A stretch of 64,000 bases of DNA from assembly GCA_020891255.1 (NCBI GenBank), contig BQFW01000008.1, positions 3,162,001 to 3,226,000 of the forward strand. Direction: 5' to 3'. The translations under genes were made by a program, and so were the position numbers. The notes beneath the pieces are model-generated. The model saw only the letters and a list, made by a program, of their open reading frames with translations. It did no database searches and was not told where the DNA came from. Shown one piece after another: positions 1 to 11,416 of the stretch (positions are counted from its first letter, which is position 1; the number at the start of each line of letters is the position of its first letter). Source of the stretch: Entomortierella parvispora E1425. Taxonomy: Eukaryota > Fungi > Mortierellomycota.

Positions 1-3000
1 TGGATCCTTGTCGCGAGCAACTCCTGCCTTGGCCGTGCGCTGATCTTCAGTCTCAACCTATGTCAGGATTGAAAAAAAGGAGAGAGGAGCGAGTCAGAGT
101 CTGTGACGGCATGCATCCTTTCCAGTAGGATTGAAAGCATAGAATAATTAGACTTACGCGAATGGTCAGCTTCTTCTCAGAATGATGGAACTCGAGTTCG
201 CCTGAATAACCGCGCTGAGAAAGCTGAAGGCCAAAATTGATCTTGGACCGCAGGGACATTTGCGCTCGGAATTCGCGCCAGCGCGAGAGACGGTTGTTCA
301 GAGTCATTTTCAATTGCTATCGAAAAGAAAAGGAGAGAGCAGTAAAGCGTCAGATACCAATGAGTAAATGTATGCCAATTGGTTTTCTTCCTCAGTTTTT
401 TCTTTGACTTACCTTGACAAACACCTCCATCTGGTGGATGGCCAGTTTTGAGGTTTTGTACAAATCCTGTTTCCGCTGCATATCGAGGGCAATCTCTTCG
501 AGAGTGGCTCCACGCTGCTCTTCTTGTTCACGAAGACGCTCCTGCATCTGCTTGATATCGCGCTCTAGTTGAGCTACCGAAGCCGTCACCTCCACGCGGT
601 CACAGTACTCGACAGCCTTTGCGGTGGATTCCTGTTAAACATATAAAAAAAAAAATGGTTCAGTGTTAGTCCACATGTCAATTTGGTTCGAGGGAGACAA
701 CTCATTGCTGCTTCCATGTACTTGCCTCTAGGTATTTGGTCTTGCCAGACAGCTCGATCTGCAATTGCTCAATGTCCCTCTGCTCCTTGTTCAATTTGTT
801 CTCCCAATAGAGAACCCTTGGCAGTTTGTCCTGTCGTTCCAAATTGAGTCTATCAAGGTCGGATCGAATTGTCACCGACTCTTCTTCCTTTCTCCGGATG
901 GATTCGTTGATTTCCTTGAGTCCTTCCTTGAGAGGCTCCATCTCTGCCAGAATCGCCTGCTTTTGAACCGCCACGGGCTCATACTGCTTTTTCATGGTCT
1001 CGATCTGCTCCAGAGTCGTCTGCTTTGCATCCTCATAGGCCGAGATGCCGGTGGTATCTTCTTCCTGCTGAGTTGCCCGGAGATCTTCGATAGCTCTTGT
1101 CTTCAACTTCAAATCCTTCTCCAGATTTTGTTGCTGACGCTTGGACACCATACGCTCCCTATCAAAAGAGGCCAGCTCGCTCATCAAAGCCTCCGACTCC
1201 TTCATTCGTTGACGGAGTGAATCGCCGACTTGCTCTGCTCTTGCCTGCAAGACCTGCAACTGGCCCTCCACGTTCTTTGACAATCGAGGTGGTCCATTGT
1301 AGCGGCGCATCATAAGTGAAGAGGCTCCACCACTTCTATCACCAACGCGGATCAAGTCCACAGTAAAGCACTGGCTGACACCCTCTGGGAATCCTCCGTT
1401 GGGCCCTGAACTCGTGATTCGATCTGCCTCTTGACGCTGCTCCACCAAAATTGTAGACTCGATCGAGTTTTTGTCAATCAGCAGTCTTCGAACCCATTCG
1501 TCGTCAAAATCCAGTATTCTGTTGATTGTAAGGAATCGTGTTGAGGGCTCCTTGTGGCTGTAGTCGAAAATAACTCTCTTTGTGCGAATAACATCCGCTT
1601 TCCTAATATGATGCAGAAATATTAGTGAATGTTCAACAATTGTTACTATAGAGATGTTCACCCCCAGATCCCCAACACAAGCATGTACCAGTTATATTTT
1701 CTCATGATTCCCATGAGCGTTGTTCTGTCTGCATCCTCAGTTACAGCAAATGCATTGAGGACGCCTCCGAGAGCGGACTCGAGAACCTGTGCCCACTTTT
1801 CCTCTCGGAGCTTGACATGCCGTCCCAAGGGTCCCACCGGAGGGCTGCCTCGCCAACCACCTCTTCGGGTCACCTGTTCAATGTCTCGGAGGATATCGGG
1901 GACCGCAGGTCCAAAAGCTCTGAGCGCATTCTGCTTTTGAGCTTCTATTTGCTTGATCCGGTCGCGACTTTCCGACAACTCTCCCCTGAGCTTGTTTGTC
2001 ACCTTTGCGAGCGCATCCTGACGATCCCTGCAGTCGTCCGATTTCTGTTCAATTTGAGCAGAAGATTCCCGGGCTTCGGCCAACTGTCTCTTTGACCGCT
2101 CGTTCTCCTCTTCCAATCGAGAAATCTTTTCCACAGCTTCGGCCCTCCTGGAGATTGCGGTCGCTTGCTGCTTGCGGGTCAGCTCAATCTTTCGCTCATA
2201 TTCAGCAATTTGTTCCTTGAGAGACTTGATCTCATCGTTCACAGTCTTTTCCTCGTCCTGGACTTGCTTGTACTCGTTTCGCTTCTCGCGCATTTTATGC
2301 TCGATGGTACGCTTCTGTTCCAACGAGGGGGCGCCAGAGGTCGTATGTTCAGCCAGGGATTTCTCCAATTCTTGAATTCTGGCCGCAAGCTCATTGATGA
2401 TATCGTCCTCCTTGGCTCGCTTTGCTTCGATTCCAGGGATTCTTGCCTTTAATCCGTCCAGCTTGTCTTCAGTCGTCCTCACACCCTTTTCCAGTTCTTC
2501 GATTTGACCCCACGCGACCTGGTTCTTCATATCCTGAACTTTTAACTCTAGGGTCGCGGCGGCCTGCATATCCTTGAACCGTGCTTGGGCAGCTTTGGCA
2601 TCATCAAAGAGCTCAGTCAAGGAATCCTTCTTGTTTTCCAGAGTGCGCTGCATCGTATAGATACATTCCCGAATCGTCTCGTAATCGATACTCAACTGAG
2701 TCAGCTGAGTTCCTCGAGAAAAGAATTTATACTTGTCCTCTCCTGTGGACGCCTGCAAGAACTGTTTGGCGGTATCCTGCGAGAGCACGTTCATGGGGTT
2801 GTCGACCTGAATGTTCATATGATCGCACATGGCCGCGAGTTCCTCGCGCTTGGTCGAGATGGTCTTTCCTTTGGCCGACTTGATTTTGTAACCAGAGGAG
2901 CCGTCCCTGGAGATGCGACGCTCAATAATAATACTCTCTCCGTAGAGCTCGGGCTTGAAAGCATCGGGTCCACGGTTGCGCAGCTGAAGTTTGACATCTG

Positions 3001-3966
3001 TTTGACTGGCGCCCTCACGAATCAGAGCCTTGAGGTTCTGAGCTCTGTTGGTCGCGTTGGCCTTGCCTCCCAGACACACGATGATGGCTGTCAAAATAGC
3101 ACTCTTTCCACCTAGTGCAACAAGTAATATGATTCCTTGAGGTTAGGAAACTCTGACAGATGCGCATTTGTCCATGAGCGATCGACAAAATGAGTAGGAC
3201 ATACTTCCGTTGTGTCCAATGATAAAGTTGATTTTGGGTCCAAACGGCACCTTGAGGTGACGATGGCACATAAAGTCAAACATCTCGATCAGCTCAATGA
3301 CACCCATCTCGGCCACCATCTAAATATCGAAACAAATGGTATTCAGAGTGTCAGTCGTTGTCCGATTCGATGTACATGATATCCCTTAGTCCTTGGCTGG
3401 ACTTACGCCATGTCTTCCTGTCTTTTGAGTAGACCTCTGAAACTCGAGAGCGGCACGCTTCTTCCAGTCGAGTTCGTCCTGGGTCTGACTAGGGTCGACT
3501 TCGCCCCATCCCTCGGGCTCTTCGCGCTCAGTCACTTCTTCGTCCTCATCGTCCTCCTCTTCTTCGGCAGAGTGGTCTGATTCTGTAGCCCGGCGAGACT
3601 TTTTGGCGGCCTAGAAATAGAGAGGATAAGGGCCACCAGGCCGTGGATAGGTGAATGGAGGTTTCGAAAGATAAAACAACAAGAGTCGCCTTTTAGCAAG
3701 TTGGCGGCGTTCCATTGGGAGAACCTTCCCCGTCATAAGGGCTGTGTCCAATGACAGGAGAGTGATGCCAAAACATGCAGCGTTCGACTGCATGGCAATG
3801 AGTGCGTGCCCTTTTTTCACTGCATCCATACCTTGCCGTTGCCGTTCGCCTGCTGCCTGCTGCCGGTCTTTGCATGCTTGGCGGTTCTCTCTGGGATGTC
3901 CTGGACGTGATCGTCGATCTCGTCCTCCTCGTCCTGGATGAGCCTCCGTTTCCTCGATTCCGGCAT
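1..3966 (-). CDS. SMC6: Structural maintenance of chromosomes protein 6 (multi-exon; 3' end runs off the window start)
   Basis: ATG at 3966 (MPESRKRR). Spliced Walker A region FMCHRHLKVPFGPKINFIIGHNGS|GKSAILTAIIVCLGGKANATNR, then NPMNVLSQDTAKQFL, long coiled coils, hinge PPVGPLGRHV, and C-terminal SQRGYSGELEFHH...KDP just before the expected LSGGE signature. GT-AG introns. Confidence 0.93.
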
Positions 3967-4219
3967 AGTCCTTTTGAGTCGCAGTGACAACGAGATGAAA
4001 GGGGGGCGAGAAGAGTAAAGAATAAAGAGCAAGAAAGAAGAAGAAGAAGAAAGGAGGAGAGTCGTTCATTCATTCCTCCATTAATATTATTTTCATTCCA
4101 CGCCACCCACACGCCTCGGACGCGCTCCCTTTGTTTTTGTTGCTTTTCTTTTCGTTTCTTTCTCTTGCTTCAAAATTGCCACTCCTTTTCAGGGGCGCAC
4201 GTGACTGGTATTTTTTTGG

Positions 4220-4250
<31 letters not shown>

Positions 4251-4365
4251 CACTCGCATGCATACTTGCACCTCACCTTCTTGGACTGATCACTCGCCCA
4301 ATCAACCTCATCGCAGCTGGAGCAAGGACCCAGTTTTCGCCACTAGCACAGCACACCGCACAACA

Positions 4366-5736
4366 ATGTCAAAGGATGTCCGCCGTCTCTTTGCAGCCCA
4401 GAAAGCCGCCAAGGCCTCTCAAGGATCGCCTTCATTAGCCTCATCCTCGGCATCCAAACGAGTCGCCCATCCCCTCGCCAAATACGACCCCACCACCTTC
4501 CGACTCACATGTGCCATCTGTGGACCCAACGTCCCCATCAAATCCGATAACCTCTGGAACGCCCACTTGGTCTCCAAGGTCCATCAAGAGGCCGTCGCCA
4601 AACTCAGAGCCGTCAAGGAACAGATCCAAAAGAGAGAGGCCGAGGCTGCAGAACGGCACCGGTTACAACAATTACAACAGCAACAGCAGCAAGGCGTGAA
4701 ACGGAAAGCTGGAGGCGGCGGGGGTGGTCTTGGAGGACTTGTCGCTTATGCAGAGGACAGTGAAAGCGACAGCGAGGACGAAGGCTCGGCCACAGCATCC
4801 GTAGCCTCGAACGACTCGAAACGCGCTAAATTCGAGGAACCAGTCGAACAACAGCAAGAAGCAGACGATTTGGAAGAAGAAGAGGATACCATGGCCGGAC
4901 TCCCAGCTGGATTCTTTGATGCACCCGCAGCCACAACCTCCGAGGCAGCATCACCACCACCACCGACAACAGCAGAGGCAGAAGAAGAAGAAGGATCGGA
5001 ACCCATGGATGGAGTTCTTCCAGCAGGATTCTTCGACGATCCAGAAGAAGACTCTCGAGTCCGTGCAGAGGTCGGAGGTGCTACTGCAGATCAGCAACAG
5101 CGTCAAGTAGATGAAGAGTTCAAGGCCCTCCAAGCAGATCTGGCCAAGGATCTGGATCGACAGGAACGTCAGGAATTGGAGCAGGCAGCACAGATTCGCC
5201 CTGGCACCGCATCGTCAGCATCAGCGACCACAGCCACAGCAGCGACGACAGGGACTACTGTGAATGGAGAAGAATTGCCGTATGAGGACAAGGTGGAGTT
5301 GGAAGCATTGGAATTGGAGGAGAGCGTCATGGCCAGAGCCGAAGAAGAGTACATGTTGTTTGTAGAGATGCAGGAGCGTTTGGATGCTCTGCGGGAAAAG
5401 AAGAACCGGATCGCATCTGCTGCGTCTACTCCCACAACGACATCAACCACGAACAACACGATACCCAGCACCACGGCGGGAAGCACACCCACCATCAAGG
5501 CTGCAAAATCAACCAAACGCAAGACAAAATCAATTTTGGATATGGTCCGCGAGCAAGAACGGGCAAAGAGGGAGAAGGAGCGACTGGCCGCAGAGGAATT
5601 CGCACGATTACAGGCAGAGGATAACAAAGACGCGAGCGGTGACAGCAAGATGACTAGCGGCGCAGAGGATAGTGATGAAGAGGACAGCGATGAGGATATT
5701 GAGGCCATGATGGACTGGCGCGCCAAGCGTGTATAG
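4366..5736 (+). CDS. ZNF830: ZNF830/CCDC16-like zinc-finger splicing-associated protein, single exon, 456 aa
   Basis: N-terminal HPLAKYD...LTCAICG..IKSDNLWNAHLVSKVHQE C2H2 finger; two LPAGFFD motifs; coiled coil; acidic C-terminus ending DWRAKRV. Confidence 0.8.
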   Translation: MSKDVRRLFAAQKAAKASQGSPSLASSSASKRVAHPLAKYDPTTFRLTCAICGPNVPIKSDNLWNAHLVSKVHQEAVAKLRAVKEQIQKREAEAAERHRLQQLQQQQQQGVKRKAGGGGGGLGGLVAYAEDSESDSEDEGSATASVASNDSKRAKFEEPVEQQQEADDLEEEEDTMAGLPAGFFDAPAATTSEAASPPPPTTAEAEEEEGSEPMDGVLPAGFFDDPEEDSRVRAEVGGATADQQQRQVDEEFKALQADLAKDLDRQERQELEQAAQIRPGTASSASATTATAATTGTTVNGEELPYEDKVELEALELEESVMARAEEEYMLFVEMQERLDALREKKNRIASAASTPTTTSTTNNTIPSTTAGSTPTIKAAKSTKRKTKSILDMVREQERAKREKERLAAEEFARLQAEDNKDASGDSKMTSGAEDSDEEDSDEDIEAMMDWRAKRV

Positions 5737-6763
5737 GTCGAAAATAAAAACATGGAATCATCAAAGCACAGGACTCACAAGGTTAATTGATCTAGTATTT
5801 CGTTTCTGGCCCTTGTGGAACCATGCCCGCAACCTCGGATAGAAATAGAATCATTGTTCGTTTTTTGGGACTTGCATCAAAAGAGGGTGTATCCCTTTGA
5901 CAGGGCTTGGTAGTCTTGCTCATTGCGTTGCGGGTGGTCACCGTGCGGAAGGTGGGGTTGCAGCGAGTCGTCATGATGAAACGACTCGGCTTTGCAGAGT
6001 GAATGAGCTTTGGAGCTAAGATTATGGGATTCGGATGTCATGATGATGTGGGACGTTCTTGGCGCTAGCCAACTATCTGATCCGTATCCCGACCATTTTT
6101 GAAGTGTTGTGGCTGGCTGCCTTACTGCTACCGGGCTTGCGTCGGAGGATTGCTGCAGTCGAGGGCGTCTTTTCACGTTCACCTGGTCTGAGAGGCTCTT
6201 TTCCAAAGTCGAGTGACCAATTCTAGCAACTACAGGGGGATCGGGTGATGGACTGCTGTGATAGATACTCTTTAGGACATTAGACCAGGATTCATGGGCT
6301 GAGTCCCTCCATCCGCCCTAATGCGAAGTCTATTCCCCGGGTTTAACGATGGTAGATTGACTATGAATGGCATTAAGACGTAAGGGCTTGTGGAGAAGGC
6401 AACACACAAAAAAACACAAAATAAAACCCCCCGAGCCCTGACTTGAAATGGTCCATTTTTATTCACAAAAAGGCCAAAACTGCAAAGACGTCAAAGGAGA
6501 CAAAAAGGGATAGCTCCCTCTTCAACATGGGATAAGAGAGTGATAACCAGCAAAGGACAAGTGGGTTTGGATCGACCGTCTGTTCCTTTTGTCCTGTCCT
6601 TTAGACCATTAAACTTTTTTTTTTTCCTTTTTTTTTTTTTTATTTGACACGACTCATGAAATCTCGTTGCTTCTCCTTCTATCCACAAGTCATGACAAGA
6701 AAAACAACATTACAAAAAAAAGAAGAAAAAAAAGAGACCCGTGTCCTATAACTATAATAACTA

Positions 6764-9700
6764 TCAGGATCCTCGGAACCGTCCAATGTGGGACAAGAGG
6801 TACGGCTCCACACCAGCCTGAACTAAATCATCTCCCTTCATCTTGCCTCCGCTTGGCAACCTCTTGGACCAGAGCTCTCGGTTCCTCAACAAGAAATGGC
6901 CCAACGGGTATGGATCAACCTTGAGACCCTGATCGTAATCCCAGTCGAGACTCACGATCGTCTTGTTCTTCTCTAGACAATCCTTCAAGTAATCCAACGA
7001 CCTCGCATCCTCGCAGACCTGTGCATGCTTGATCACCAATCGCAACAGTCCATTTCTCTCGGATCCCAAAAACTCGCCAAATGACAGGATATCCTCTGCA
7101 TCGGGTCCATCCACAAAATGAACCTCAATCGCTTTAAGACCCTGTTGGTTTCCCAAGAGCCCTGCCGTCAACTCTTTGAGATTGACATGCGATGTGGTCA
7201 AACGGGCTAGACTGTGGTTCGTTTCCAGAAACTGTTGCACGGCGGGACCCATGGCACCCATGACTGAAAACGAACGACTCTCCAGTCGAAGAGTCCGAAG
7301 CGTGGCAGTCGTAATCGGGGAGGTCAGGCTCTTGAGGATCAGGCCTGCACCAAGAGGGGTCATTTGGTTAAAGGACACATCCAAAGACTCTAATCGAAAC
7401 GAAGGGGTCGTGGTGGGAGAAAACGACAGCTCCAGATCCTGAACAGATCGTTCAAAAACAGCTGCATGCTCGTCTCTCATCAGCGTTCCATGGAGACTGA
7501 GAACTGAAAGGGTCGCGAATGCACTCTTGAAAAAGGCCATCAAGACTGCAGGATCAGCACCAGGGACGAACAGTGACTGGGATCCTGCAAACGACAACTC
7601 TGCGACCTCGTATGGAGCAGCACTCTTTCCGGTCCTCGAAAGCGCCTTACAAAGAGCCAGGGCACCTTCCATGGTCGCGTTCGAGAATGCCAGCTTGAAT
7701 CTGGTCAGGGAGAAAGGACCATCAGGATCCGTGGACAGTACCTCGGTCAAGGACAGTGCGGTCAGATCCCCGCAATCGCTGCCCTCCAACTGCAAGCGCT
7801 CCAAGGACCGGACATTCAACCGTCGAATTAATGTCGCAAACATCTTGTCACTTGGACTCTGGGCTCTGGGAAGGACCAGTTCGACACATTCCAGTCGACC
7901 GATTAGGCGGACAAAACTTTCCATACCTACAGCAGAGAGCTCGACCATATGGTCCGAGACATCCAGGTTCCGGAGTCGCTTAGCATTCGGGAGGATAGCT
8001 CTCTCCAGGGCCATGGCCGATTCGTCCCCAAATCCCGTCTGAGGTAACCAAAGCTTCTCCAGACGACCTCCAACAGCCTCGACAATCTCACAGACATTCT
8101 CATCTCCAATCCAGTTCAGTCCGAAATCCAGCTCCTTGAGGGACTCAAGCGATTTCAACACTGTGACAAGATGGAGGGCTCTTTCCGGTGGGAAGGAACA
8201 ATCTCTGAGAGTCAGGGACCGGACACGTTGGCAAGCTGTAATACCCTTCAGGAACTGGGAAAGCGTCTCTGCTGTCGACAAGGGGACATTGGTCAAGCCC
8301 AGGACAGAGATATGGGAACACGCCAGCAAGAGAGATTTGAAGACCTCGCCATCGGCCAACGAGATCTCTGTCAGCTCCAAGGACCGGATAAAGGGCAGTC
8401 CTCCCGCCTTGGGCATCTCAATCCGCTGTGGGAACACATCTTTCATGGCCTTGAGATGTAGACTCTGGATCTTGCCCGAGTTCATCATGGACAGGATCGG
8501 GTACAACTTTTTGCGAAACGAGGGGAAATGCTCCACAAAGGTGTGTCCAGTCAGGATGAGCTTGGAAACACTCGTCTTAAGCAACGCGCGGGCGAGCTGT
8601 TCCAGGATCGGGAACGAGTACTTTCGGAATTGGAGGTCAAGTTCTGAAAAGGCATTGCTGCGGGACAGGGTGTTTAAGAACGATTCCGTTGCCTCGGTCG
8701 AGGACGAGGACAGGTAAACACTGACTTTGCCCAGGGTCTGATCAAACGAGCCTTGGAGCAACGCAATTTCAGTCTCAAACTGGCGGTCTTGACGAAGATG
8801 GAACGTGGAGCGGAAATGGTCCTGACAGATCCATTTGACATGTCCTTCTTTGTCGACGGTCCGGTAGAGGTTGCCCAGAGTCCGATCATGATCTTTGCGC
8901 TCCAGGAATGCAGTGAGACGCCTGAGGTCTGCGCCTTCCATCTGCACCAACTTGTCCACCACTCCGCTGACACCATCGCCATTCCTGTCATCATCCACGG
9001 GGTCAGAAGAAGAAGCCTTTGACTCTGAAAAGACGCTGGTCGGGACAACAGAAATCTGTCCGTCACCGGACGCGCCTTCACTTTGACGGCTGTCCCGGAC
9101 GGGTGCGTCCTGGTCTAATGTGCCTTGATACGTGGTCAAATATCCAATGCTGGTGGTGACTTTGGCGCTCAAGTCCTTGACAAGACTTTCAGGCAGATCC
9201 ACGGCATGCACGGCCGACAACATGGGCACGACCATTCCTCCGATCGCCAGTCCATACTTGAGCAGATGGAGCAATCGCAACACTGTGGGTCCGTACTTGC
9301 GAAAGAACTCTTTGGGCCGGTTGATAGCATAGCCTTCGTGTCTTGCAAGATGGATATGGTTCAATCCATGGGGGCCAATTGGATTGGTATGGGATTCTCC
9401 ACATTCACACAAAAAGTACAATCGAAACTGCACATGCGTCCAGCTGTTGAACAACAGAGTCGGGTTCAGACCATCGTACGCCATCTCGGGCAGCACAATG
9501 AACAATCGGGGGCTTGAATACTCGTGCAACTCAAAGGTCTGAGTCAACACAGTCTGGATTCCACTCTGGATCTGCACAAGTCGGTCCAAGGCCTCCTGTT
9601 GTTTCTCCATCGCATGTTTCTGAAGCTGCAGATTACGCTCCTCCATCTCCAGCATCGTCTTTCGAAGCTCGTGAATTTCCTCCGCCTGTCGCTCAGCGGT

Positions 9701-10388
9701 GAGTCGAGAAGCCAGGACCTGGGCCATGAGCTCCTGGGTCTCGGCATGGAGGCGGTCGTGATGCACATCGAGGATGTCTTCGATAGGTGTGACACTGGTG
9801 TAAATGTAGGATGGGCTACCGTTCTCGACAGAGACAACACTGCTGGGACGACCACGACGGTGATCAAGGGCCATGAAGGAAGCGGGCATCAGACTCGGAG
9901 AGCCTCGAGAACCAGTTCTGGCCATGGCAGTGTTGGGGGCGGCCTCGGGGGCAGTCCAGGGGCGCCTGGGCAGCAAATCCACCACTGCATCTTGAACAAG
10001 GTCATGGTTACCCTTTGGCAAAGGCACGACGGTCAAGGTCTGACCAGGATAGTACGCAATTCGCTGTTGGAACAAGCTGTTGTACACAGCAAACAAAAAC
10101 ACAAGATCAGGGGGGCATGTTCAAAAAAAAAACACGCATAAACAAGCATGCACTAGTGGGAACATAAACAAAGAACAATGGGCGAACGTACGGGTCATGA
10201 TTTTTGTTTTCGAGGAACGGAACTGGTTCGCCATTGAGCTCAAACGCAGAGACGACTTGACACAGGGCATCTCGGATATCCTCCAAAAGCACAAACGGCT
10301 CTCCGCCGACTGGCTCCTTGACACGGACGGAGGCGCTCAACGTGTCAAGTTGGAATATCTGGTACTTTGGCTGCAAAGAGGACGCCAT
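6764..10388 (-). CDS. Lineage-specific RNI-like LRR protein (N-terminal header, coiled coil, FLCECG/HEGY domain, LRRs), about 1170 aa
   Basis: Exon 1 10388-10192 (MASSLQPKYQIF...VLLEDIRDAL...), phase-2 GT-AG intron 10191-10077, then a 3.3-kb open exon. LxxLxL repeats such as LKELDFGLNWIGDE, LRNLDVSDH, LESLDVSFNQMTPLG. Confidence 0.85.
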
Positions 10389-11416
10389 TTCGCCTTTGGG
10401 GCCCAAAGGACTAAACGGACGAGGTAAGGGCAACAAGAAAGAGACCAGGGGCAAACTGGGAACAGAAGGGAAAGAGAGGCTCGAAGAATGAAAGGGTCGT
10501 AAAGGAAGAGAGACGGAGTGGGGCGTGAAAGAAAAAGCTAATCAAGGAAAAGGGTCGTAAGGAAAACGAAGGGTAGGATTGGGAGTGGGGTGGGGTTGCC
10601 CTTACTCTGTCGAATATGGCGAGTTGCTGTGTTGTGTTTGATTGCTATCGACTTGGCACTTGCTTCACTTGCTTCGAACAAACAACCAGCGATGCCTGTT
10701 GGCTGACTCTTCAGACTGTTTGCAGACTGAAAGAAAACTCGTCGCAAAAACAAAAAACGCAAAGAGAGGAACGTTTTTCTATCAACAAGCCGAGAGTCCG
10801 CCAACAAAGATAACAAGCAGAGCCGATGGCAACGCTGGCTGGTTGGAAGGTTGTCACGATGCAAGCAACAAAAGCGATGGCAACAAGACGGGGGAAGCAA
10901 ACCAGATACGAAAGTGGACCGAGAGTAAGAGGGGGAACCAAAATCGATTGTGGGGGCAGCCTTCTTTTTATACCTGTCTCCCGTTGGCCACACATTTTTG
11001 GCTCAATTGCTCTCTGCCTCTCTTCTCTTCTCTTTGTACCTCCTCCCCAGGCATTTAGCATGGGGCTTGACGTAAGCTTTTTTTCCAGGGTCCTCGATGC
11101 GGCTGCCACTGACAGACGCGTGCAGCCAGCATGTCCACCATCATTCAACTTGACGTGTCAGCCTCGCGTTGTGAAAAAAAGTAATTCATTAGAAAACTGG
11201 CAAAAGGTTTGGAGCCTTCAATTCTTTTATGACGTGATGAGCTGGGGGCAGCCCAATATTTTATATTCGTAAAAACGGTGGATGAGTGAGTGAGGGCTGT
11301 ATATTGTAATAATCAAGGGAGAGTGGTGAGGGAAAACAAGATCAGAGCTGTAACAAAAAGGACGAGCTAGAAACAAGATGAGCGGGGGAGGGTTAGGCAA
11401 AGACCAAGGAAGGTAC

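Noticed and set aside
5877-6206. 109-aa minus-strand ORF between ZNF830 and the LRR gene
   Set aside because: Non-ATG start, no motif, no clear splice partners; cannot be supported as a gene.
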